A stretch of DNA of 64,000 nucleotides from an uncultured Phycisphaerales bacterium (GTDB taxonomy: Bacteria; Planctomycetota; Phycisphaerae; Sedimentisphaerales; Anaerobacaceae), in assembly GCA_963772725.1 (NCBI GenBank), contig CAVYYI010000001.1, forward strand, positions 768,001 through 832,000, written 5' to 3'. Of this stretch, positions 55,841 to 64,000 are shown in pieces. The translations under genes and the position numbers were made by a program. Below the pieces are notes generated by a model that worked only from the letters and a program-made list of their open reading frames with translations, had not been told where the DNA came from and did not search any database. The stretch's first letter is position 1, and each line of letters begins with the position of its first letter.

Positions 55841-57395
55841 ATGATGCCTGAAATTAAACCGTCGGTAACATCTCAGGATATCCTGTGCCAGGAAGCAATA
55901 GCGACTCCTAACGCAATGGTTGTTTTTGGCGCATCGGGAAACCTGGCCCGTAACAAATTGTTCGGGAGCATATTTTCGATTTTCAAACGCGGCCTATTGA
56001 GTGAAAACTTTTACCTCCTCGGCTGCGGAAGAACCAACTTATCAGACCAGATGTTCCGAAAAGAGGTTGAAGAAGCGATAAAAGAATCTGTATCCGGCAC
56101 ATTGGCAGAGGATATAAAACTTTTCGTAAATAAACTTTATTTCGTAAGCGGTAATTATAACGATGAAATGTTTTACGAAAATATCAAAGAGCGTCTTTCT
56201 GAACTTGATATTAAGCACAAGGTTGACGGCAGCCGTATTTTTTATCTGGCCGTCCCCCCTGCCATGTACAGCACGATAGTCGAACATCTCAGAACATCAA
56301 GACTGTCCTGTATTGACCAACCTGCTCCTCAGCCGAAAGTTAAGCTTGTAGTCGAAAAACCGTTCGGACATGATTTGCAAAGTGCCGTTGCGTTAAACAG
56401 CATTATCCGCCGCTGTTTCGATGAGTCTCAGATTTACCGTATAGACCATTATCTCGGCAAGGAAACAGTGCAGAACCTTTTGATGTTCCGTTTTGCCAAC
56501 GCGATTTTTGAGCCGATTTGGAACCGAAATTACATCGACCACATCCAGATTACAATAGCCGAATCGATAGGAATTGAAGGCCGCGGCAGCTACTACGATA
56601 AAACCGGCGCTCTGCGTGACATGTTTCAAAACCACATGCTCTCAATGCTCTCGATTGTGGCAATGGAGCAGCCCATTTCTTTCAACGCGGACGATATTCG
56701 CAACGAAGAACTAAAAGTTCTGCAGTCGATACGGCAATTCAATAGCGACACAATAAAGAAAAATATTATCAGAGGTCAATACGGACCGGGCGAGTTCGGC
56801 AGTCAGAAGATTGTCGGTTATCGCGACGAACCAGATGTAGATGCTAAGTCGAACACTGAAACTTTTGTGGCCGCAAAAGTATTTATCGACAACTGGCGAT
56901 GGAAGGACGTTCCATTTTATCTGCGCACCGGCAAACGAATGAACGCCAAGGATACAGAAATAGCCATCATCTTCAAAAAAGTGCCTTATTCCATGTTTAT
57001 TGCCGCCGGGATTGAGGATATGCCGCCAAACGTGCTTGTCTTTCAGATACAACCCGAAGAGGGTATTTCGCTGAGTTTTCAGGCAAAGCGTCCAGGCTCA
57101 AAATTATGTATCGAGCACCCTTAATATGAACTTCAATTACCAGAGTGTTTTCGGAGTTACCGCCATGCCGGAAGCATATCAAAGACTTCTCCTTGATTGT
57201 ATGGTTGGCGATCAGACTTTGTTTACCAGGTACGACAGCGTCGAAGCTTCGTGGAAATTTTTGGCTCCTATCCTTGAAGCGTGGGAAAAAGACGATTCGC
57301 AGCCTCATCAATATCTCTCTGGGGGGACTTTTGAAGAGTCCAACAGCCTGATTGAGTCAGACGGGAGAAAGTGGCGAAATATCGGCGGAAAATAA
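55841..57395 (+). CDS. zwf: Glucose-6-phosphate dehydrogenase, frameshift near 57115
   Basis: GASGNLA, EKPFG, RIDHYLGKE, QNH, RTGK, EAYQRLL. Confidence 0.95.
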
Positions 57396-57416
57396 AATTT
57401 TACAGTGAGGGGAATT

Positions 57417-57902
57417 ATGAATATCTTTGAGTTTGCAATGGAAAAGGAAAAGTTCAGCGAGGATTATTACCGCCTGCTTTCAGGCAGGACAAGCAACAAG
57501 GGATTTCAATCCATCTTCGCGATGCTGGCGGATGAAGAAGCTAAACATTACAGAATCGTTTCACGGATGAAGAACAGGGTCACCCCTGAACTTGCCGAAA
57601 CATCGGTACTGTCAAATGCTAAAGACATCTTTGTTAAAATGAAAGATTCATCAGAAAAATTTAATTTCGATATCAGTGAAATAGAGCTGTATAAGAAAGC
57701 ACAAAAGATTGAAAAGGAATCGGAAAACTTTTATCTTGAAAAGGTAAAAGAATTAACGGATGCCCCTCAGAGAAAAATTTTTGAGGTACTGGCTAATGAG
57801 GAAGACAAGCATTATTTTCTGCTGGAAAATATGGTTGAATTTGTATCCCAGCCGGACCGATGGCTCGAAAATGCCGAATGGCATCACATGGATGAATACT
57901 AA
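57417..57902 (+). CDS. Ferritin-like/rubrerythrin diiron protein
   Basis: FEFAMEKE..YY, DEEAKH, EEDKH. Confidence 0.85.
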   Translation: MNIFEFAMEKEKFSEDYYRLLSGRTSNKGFQSIFAMLADEEAKHYRIVSRMKNRVTPELAETSVLSNAKDIFVKMKDSSEKFNFDISEIELYKKAQKIEKESENFYLEKVKELTDAPQRKIFEVLANEEDKHYFLLENMVEFVSQPDRWLENAEWHHMDEY

Positions 57903-58769
57903 ATGCCTGAAAGTATTATCGTGAACAAACAAACACAGCAGCTCAGGGATGCCCTGGAAACATTATACGTGAAATATAACAGGCGGGAACTGATACAGCC
58001 TGACCCGCTGCAGTTTGTGTACCGGTATTCAAAAAGAGGTGATATGGAAATTGCGGGCTTCCTCGCTTCCTGCCTGGCCTATGGCAGAGTACAACAAATC
58101 GAAAAGAGCCTGACTGTTTTGTTGAAACGTATGGGTAATAGTCCTTTGGATTATGTAATGAATTTTGATAAGAAAGAAAGTCAGACGCTCCGCAATTTTA
58201 AACACCGCTTTACAAGCGGCGATGATATTGCCGACTTGCTTGCCGTCCTAAAGTTAATTATCGGCAAATTCGGCAGTATTGAAAAATTCTTCGTCAAAGG
58301 ATACAACAGAGCAGACAGCAATATTATTCCCGCTTTGACAAAGTTCTGCGATTCTCTTCTGGCTGTACATGCCCAAAACCATAAAGGGCATATACCCAGG
58401 GGGCTTCAATACCTCCTGCCCTCCCCTGCCGCCGGCAGCGTGTGCAAAAGATTAAATCTTTTTCTCCGCTGGATGGTACGCAGAGACGATGTTGACGCAG
58501 GTCTGTGGAAATCGATAGATAAAGCCAAATTAATCATCCCCGTAGATGTCCACATGGGCAGATTATGCAAAATCCTCGGATTTTACGACCAGAAATCTGT
58601 TTCTATGAAAGCCGCCATAAAAATAACACAAGCTTTTGCTAAAATATCTCCTGACGACCCCGTTAAATATGATTTTGCGTTATCGCGAATAGGAATAGTG
58701 GAACATTGCACAGGCCGATTGCGCAAGGATTGTGAGATATGCGATTTAAGGGCATTCTGTTCAAAATAA
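57903..58769 (+). CDS. TIGR02757/DUF2400-family protein
   Basis: PDPLQF, LAYG, CKRLNLFLRWMVR, PVDVH, DPVKYDFAL. Confidence 0.88.
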   Translation: MPESIIVNKQTQQLRDALETLYVKYNRRELIQPDPLQFVYRYSKRGDMEIAGFLASCLAYGRVQQIEKSLTVLLKRMGNSPLDYVMNFDKKESQTLRNFKHRFTSGDDIADLLAVLKLIIGKFGSIEKFFVKGYNRADSNIIPALTKFCDSLLAVHAQNHKGHIPRGLQYLLPSPAAGSVCKRLNLFLRWMVRRDDVDAGLWKSIDKAKLIIPVDVHMGRLCKILGFYDQKSVSMKAAIKITQAFAKISPDDPVKYDFALSRIGIVEHCTGRLRKDCEICDLRAFCSK

Positions 58770-59117
58770 TAACAACTATATCCCCCTCCCTATTTTTCTC
58801 ACCACGAAGAAACAAAGTCACAAAGGTTTATTTTTTATTCTGTCTGCTGTATTCTGTGTTCTGAGTTCTATTTTTGACACGGATTAACGCGGTTTGACAC
58901 GGTTTTTGACAGGATAAAGCATAAGTTCTTTTGCTCTTATGTTCCTGTCCTCGTATGTTCTTGTGTCTTCCGTCCTTGCTCCCCTCGCAGCAGGTCATTC
59001 GTGAAATATATTATTAAGGCCATGTACACAGTTATTTGAACAGACCCCACCGAATACCTTTAATTTACCACGGTTGATAGATAATCATTGCCCGCGATTA
59101 ACTATTTTATAATCCTC

Positions 59118-62100
59118 TCAAACAGAATCGCCTTTTTTGGTTCCCTTTTGCCACTCAGTTTGTTCCCATGGTGTAAGAAATGCATCAAGCAAGCCGGTAT
59201 CAATATGAGGGAGTACGTCAGTAATAATAGTATTAAAGAGTTCGGCCCATTCGTCTTGTCTAGTTTGGTAAATTCCATTAATTTCTCGAATCGTACCACT
59301 AACTGTTATAGCGTCACCTCCTTGAAACCTTTCGTAAGCAATATCATCATCTTCATAAATTTTTGATTCTTCCCTTTTCCGTGAAATGGATTCGTCATCG
59401 TCGTCATCATCATCATCATAGTCATAATCTAGCCCTTTTCTTTCCAGCGAAATGGATTGATCTAACCATCTGATTTTTTTAAGAACTCCTACATGAGCCA
59501 ATTGATCAGCAAATTGTTCCCCTAATTTTGCAAATATACTGCTTTGGTCCCAATTACTCCCTCCCCAAGCTGTTGGTTCAGGCCAACCACCTAACATTAG
59601 TAAACAAACATAATCTGCGAGTGACTTTGGTCGGTTTATATTCCGAATCTGATCTAAATCTCGTTTGTTAAGCCCAAACCATTCTCCGTTAATTGGATTG
59701 CGTAAAGCGTACCAATTCATAGAAACTTTTAAAAAACAAAGCCTCTCTAAACTCAATGAACTTAACTCTGAACTCAATGCTGATAAATTATTTTCTACCG
59801 GGGTCACATATCTAAATTTATTCATGAAAAATTTTAAATACTTATTAAGAACGGCTAAGGAAGCCCATGAAAGATTACTATATACTGTTGATCTACCTTT
59901 ATAAGCCCATGTAGTTATTACATCTAATTTCTCAGGAGAATATTCTATATCAGAAAATTCGGCACAATGAATTTTCATATATCGTTTCAAATCTGTAATT
60001 TCAGAGAAATACCGATACTGCGCCCCGATGTAAATTGGACTTGGCACATTAGGTAAAAGAATTATCTGCTGTTCTGGAAATTTTCTGTATTCTTTAAGGT
60101 TTCTCGATTCAAGATCTTGAAATTTTATAAGTTTAGGTGTTGAAAGAGAGTTAATAGGACCTCTATATATTCCATCTGAAGGTCCTAAAGCAAATACGTA
60201 GTTACCAAAAGAATTTTCGAATTCTGCTTGACATAAACGAGCATATGCGTCATGAATTTGCTTTTTATCAAGATGATTTAGGACAAGACCATCCCAAACG
60301 CGAGGTGTTATCCGATCCCAAAAAGATTTTGCATCTTCATCAAATAGATCTCTCGACATTGTTAGAGGTAACCGATCTTTTCCCCGTAAATCAACCAAAA
60401 TGCCTAATTTGTTTAAAATTTCTTGTGCAGGAATGTTGATACTTGGAGCTACTACACCCCTTACCGTAATCCCGTCCTGCGAAACTGGAGGTCTATCTTG
60501 ACCCTTTTTTTCAGGTGTTTGTCGCACGCCTATGGCGGATTCACTATCAGGGAATTTGAAGACAAATACTTTGGGGATTCGTGTATTAGCAGCAAGCGAG
60601 TCTAATTTTTTTTCTGGATTGGTAAGTATTTTGTATTTAATAGGTACTTCGAGAAATGGAAACCAAAAATCTATAAATTCTTCTATATTAAAACCGTCTC
60701 GTAAGACATCAGGCTTTAGAAGTAAGGCTATTTCTGTTCCTGGAGAATCCAAATTAATTGGAACTGTTGAAAGATAACCTTTCCACGAATATATAGTCGC
60801 TTGAATTCCAGATTCTTTTGGAAGAAATGACTGTGTTGTTACTACAGTTCGGTCACTAATCAAGAATGTGCTTAAGAATCCTATTCCGAATTCTCCTATT
60901 GTACCAATCTTAAGCGTTGATAACCGGCTATCTTCTTTCCATCTTGTGCGGCCAACCTTGAGCAAGTACTCTGAAATTACATCTCTGGACATGCCTATGC
61001 CTGCATCTTTAATTTTAAGCCAAAAAGTTTTCGCTCCTGAATCATCTCTAATCTCTTCTAGTGATACCCAAATGGCAAGATCATCTCTTCGTAAATTAAT
61101 TTCATTTTTAACAAGACGCTCTTGTTCATCGGAGGATAATGTATTCCATGAAAGTTTCTTGCTACATTCGAACGCAATTCGTACACGTATTGCATCAATT
61201 GCATTTTGAACAAGTTCACGCAATATTACATCTGTTCGGCCATAAAGTCGCTTTCCCAAAAAAGTGCAGAAAACTCGTTCTTCGTCAAGGTTAAACCTGA
61301 ACTGTTGAAATTCATAGAGTGGGATTCCGCTCAGACTTATTTTAGGTTTTACTTTATATTCTACGCGCCCAAGCCTAATATGATATTTATCAGAACCACA
61401 ATTAAGGATTAAAGCCGCTTGTTCACATTCTTTTTCTAAATAATCTATCCACTCCCTTAATACTCGCTCAGCTTCTTGAGATGGACTAATCCCCGCAATT
61501 TCAATACTTTTTCCAGGTGCCAAATTTCTTACTTCAATTTCTGTGTATTGGTCCCAATGAGCTTTAGATAATGTAACAAGCGGCTCTGATAAGAAACGAA
61601 GATCGGGTGAAGCTCGTTCCGTCGTAATGTCCAACAAATCACCAAGTCGAAGGCAAATTGTTAAGAACTGCACATTTACATGCTGAGAATCAATTAAAAC
61701 ATCACTTGGATATATTTCCGAATTGCAGATTTCTTCTCTATTTACTTGATGCCCAGCGCAAATAACACCGATCCATTTTTTTAATGAATTGATATTGCCT
61801 GTTATCTGACCACAAGGCATAATTCCACTATTGATTACGAGATTGGCGCGTATACCATGTCGTCGACGATAATAATCTACTACAATAAGCCTTTCAATTC
61901 CATGGCAATACCAGTCGTTTTCATAGTTTAATTCATTTTTTTTGAGGATAGCCTTTCTTTCCAAATGAAAATCGGGATCATTTATTAAATCACGTATCTC
62001 TGACTCAGAAATTACCATTCCGATGTCATGTAACAATGCTGTCGCAATTATAAAATAAAGCTCAATATCAGCCAAAGATTGGATTTGTTCTTTGGTAAGT

Positions 62101-62309
62101 AAGCTGCCAATATTATTTAAAATCCTAATCGAATGATTCACCGAATGATCAGTAAAATGATAAAAATATCGCTTAATCACCTCCAAATATTTCTGTATAG
62201 AATCGAAAGACGAATCAATAAGTCCCCGATATTTCAGTGCCGATGGCGAACTCAAATCAGCACGATTGTCTAGTTCATCATAAATTAAAATGTTTCGATT
62301 TTTGAGCAT
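59118..62309 (-). CDS. HD-domain plus HSP90-like GHKL ATPase protein
   Basis: FTDHSVNHS, LLHDIG, LRLGDLLD; then LRELVQNAIDA, DAGIGM, IGEFGIGFLS, GTEI; AT-richer than the flanks. Confidence 0.85.
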   Translation of the reverse strand: MLKNRNILIYDELDNRADLSSPSALKYRGLIDSSFDSIQKYLEVIKRYFYHFTDHSVNHSIRILNNIGSLLTKEQIQSLADIELYFIIATALLHDIGMVISESEIRDLINDPDFHLERKAILKKNELNYENDWYCHGIERLIVVDYYRRRHGIRANLVINSGIMPCGQITGNINSLKKWIGVICAGHQVNREEICNSEIYPSDVLIDSQHVNVQFLTICLRLGDLLDITTERASPDLRFLSEPLVTLSKAHWDQYTEIEVRNLAPGKSIEIAGISPSQEAERVLREWIDYLEKECEQAALILNCGSDKYHIRLGRVEYKVKPKISLSGIPLYEFQQFRFNLDEERVFCTFLGKRLYGRTDVILRELVQNAIDAIRVRIAFECSKKLSWNTLSSDEQERLVKNEINLRRDDLAIWVSLEEIRDDSGAKTFWLKIKDAGIGMSRDVISEYLLKVGRTRWKEDSRLSTLKIGTIGEFGIGFLSTFLISDRTVVTTQSFLPKESGIQATIYSWKGYLSTVPINLDSPGTEIALLLKPDVLRDGFNIEEFIDFWFPFLEVPIKYKILTNPEKKLDSLAANTRIPKVFVFKFPDSESAIGVRQTPEKKGQDRPPVSQDGITVRGVVAPSINIPAQEILNKLGILVDLRGKDRLPLTMSRDLFDEDAKSFWDRITPRVWDGLVLNHLDKKQIHDAYARLCQAEFENSFGNYVFALGPSDGIYRGPINSLSTPKLIKFQDLESRNLKEYRKFPEQQIILLPNVPSPIYIGAQYRYFSEITDLKRYMKIHCAEFSDIEYSPEKLDVITTWAYKGRSTVYSNLSWASLAVLNKYLKFFMNKFRYVTPVENNLSALSSELSSLSLERLCFLKVSMNWYALRNPINGEWFGLNKRDLDQIRNINRPKSLADYVCLLMLGGWPEPTAWGGSNWDQSSIFAKLGEQFADQLAHVGVLKKIRWLDQSISLERKGLDYDYDDDDDDDDESISRKREESKIYEDDDIAYERFQGGDAITVSGTIREINGIYQTRQDEWAELFNTIITDVLPHIDTGLLDAFLTPWEQTEWQKGTKKGDSV

Positions 62310-62880
62310 AGCTAATACATAATCCTGCCACTCAGAACAATAACAAAAAACAGATTTCCTATAGGGCCGAAAGGAAAACAGACCGCGTTAACTTAATGAG
62401 TTTGAACCCCGAACATAAGTTCAAGCCCGCCCGACAGTCTATTTTGTTTCGACCGTCTTTAAAATGCCCAAATTATAAATGTCCCTTATCTAATTACAAT
62501 AAAAATCCTGTAAAAATGGAAAATTTTTTATCGAATGTAAGAATAAGGTATAGAGATAGGGTTTTGGAGATAGTTCTGAATTTGGAGTTTTAAGCTTTAA
62601 TTCATAAAAGCCCCCGCGGCGTTTGAGCTGGATACAATCTGTGTTTTTTGCCTGTATTTAAAAAGTGCGGCAGTTTTCACTGCGCGGCGAGCGAAGGCGA
62701 ATCCTGTGATTAAGCTCGTTTAAATAAGCAGGGTTTGTCGAGAACGCCAAAGACAGGCAAAAACCGTGTCCATCTCGTGTCCATTGATAGTTCATCCGGT
62801 AATCACGTCCAAATAACCTTCGTGTCTTGGGGTCTTAGTGGTGAAAGCTGTTTTTCACGCTATACGCTCTACGCCATCCG

Positions 62881-63495
62881 CTAAAGTATCACCGAAACCG
62901 AATTTGTCGGGCAACTTTCTCCCGAAGAATTGACGGCTTTTACTCGGTATTCGAGTTTCACGCCCTGCGGCTGGTCTTTTAACTTTACATCGGGATTTAG
63001 TGAAGTGCCTGCGATAGTCCATTCGTCCGGCGCGGTATTTACCAGGCGGCGCTGGATTATATACATTCGAACTTGTCCGCCAGCGTTTCTTTTGGCCTTT
63101 GTCCAGCTTAGAAATAATGTGTTCTCGGTCTGTGCGGTAATTTTAAGTTCGGTCGGAGAGGCCGGAAGAGGAATCTGCTGCGGCTGTGCTTTTGGTCCCC
63201 AGCCGATATAATTTAGAATCTCCGGACTGCCGGAGGTATCGACCTCGGATAGTTTTATCTGGTTTTTCATAATCGTTTGGAGATTTGTAAAGGCGGCCTG
63301 TTTCTCCTCGGCGGCAAGAGCGACCATAGATTCGGCTTCCAGAAGAGCGTTTGATGCCTCAGCAAAGCGATCTTTTGCCGATTCAAGGACGGCGGTATCG
63401 TGATGAGGAAATTCAGCAGGATGATTTGTGTAACCCCCTATCATTGTTTCGACCAGTGCCATTACCTGATTCTGCCTTCTTGGATATTGAGCCAT
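62881..63495 (-). CDS. Fibronectin type III domain protein with N-terminal helical domain
   Basis: PASPTEL..LSW..Y..YRVKAVNSSGES. Confidence 0.8.
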   Translation of the reverse strand: MAQYPRRQNQVMALVETMIGGYTNHPAEFPHHDTAVLESAKDRFAEASNALLEAESMVALAAEEKQAAFTNLQTIMKNQIKLSEVDTSGSPEILNYIGWGPKAQPQQIPLPASPTELKITAQTENTLFLSWTKAKRNAGGQVRMYIIQRRLVNTAPDEWTIAGTSLNPDVKLKDQPQGVKLEYRVKAVNSSGESCPTNSVSVIL

Positions 63496-63649
63496 TTTTT
63501 GATTCCCCAGTTTTTAATTTTTACGTTTAAGTTTTAATCTTGGATACCATATCGGTTTTTTCATAAGGTCAATTTAGCAGTTTTTTGGAGAAAAATACGG
63601 TATATAAGACTAAAAATGCGGTAAGATTATGTAAAATAAGGAGTTATAA

Positions 63650-64000
63650 ATTATTATTCAAGCTTGAAATATTGAAAATCGTGCTTACAACTGACGATTG
63701 TGAACTGACAATCGTTGATTGTAAGCGTGCGATTATCGATTGTAAGCCTGCAATTGGCAAAAGTGAATTGACAATCTACGGTTGTAAGTTTGCGATTATA
63801 GATTGTTGATTGGCATTCCATAGCTGTGAATTTACATTTTACGGCGGTTAATCGACAATTATGGATTGTGAGTTTACAATTGGCCGATGTGAACTTGAAA
63901 AATGATATTTGAAGCTTGATATGCGACGTTTTAAGCTCGAAATTTTAGATTAACGCTGAGTATCCGGCATATTAAGCTCGAAAAACCATTTATCAAGCGT
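63650..64000. repeat. Degenerate 21-bp-period tandem array with palindromic units, running off the window
   Basis: GATTGT-N6-ACAAT(C/T) recurring every 21 nt from 63696; later units centred on AAGCT(T/C)GA. Confidence 0.7.

Noticed and set aside
63650..64000. CRISPR array
   Set aside because: Contiguous degenerate 21-bp units without unique spacers; no cas genes

Overview
Chromosomal window from an anaerobic bacterium, probably a Planctomycete of the Phycisphaerae/Sedimentisphaerales type (inferred from the PEP-CTERM protein, the multi-domain BlaI/BlaR1 pair and the rubrerythrin/desulfoferrodoxin cluster; not verified). Many single-copy genes (ileS, murG, mprF, ygiQ-like, lptF, zwf, a TPR gene) are split by frameshifts that look like uncorrected long-read indels. 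Housekeeping content also includes msrAB, lptFG, thiC with a TPP riboswitch, an ABC1/UbiB kinase, a sodium:solute symporter and an oxygen-detoxification cluster. There are three insertion sequences with intact ends: an IS630, an IS5 inside a PEP-CTERM gene, and a CxxH-type DDE element inside blaR1. The main discovery is a 10.76 kb provirus (38511-49295) of a tailless, probably membrane-containing double-jelly-roll virus. It has an STIV-like major capsid protein, an FtsK/HerA-type packaging ATPase, many small membrane proteins and putative vertex/spike proteins. It sits between two dif-like XerC/XerD sites and has no recognisable integrase, replication initiator or polymerase. Its reconstructed attP folds into a near-perfect hairpin reminiscent of CTXphi, and integration appears to separate the main promoter from the first gene.
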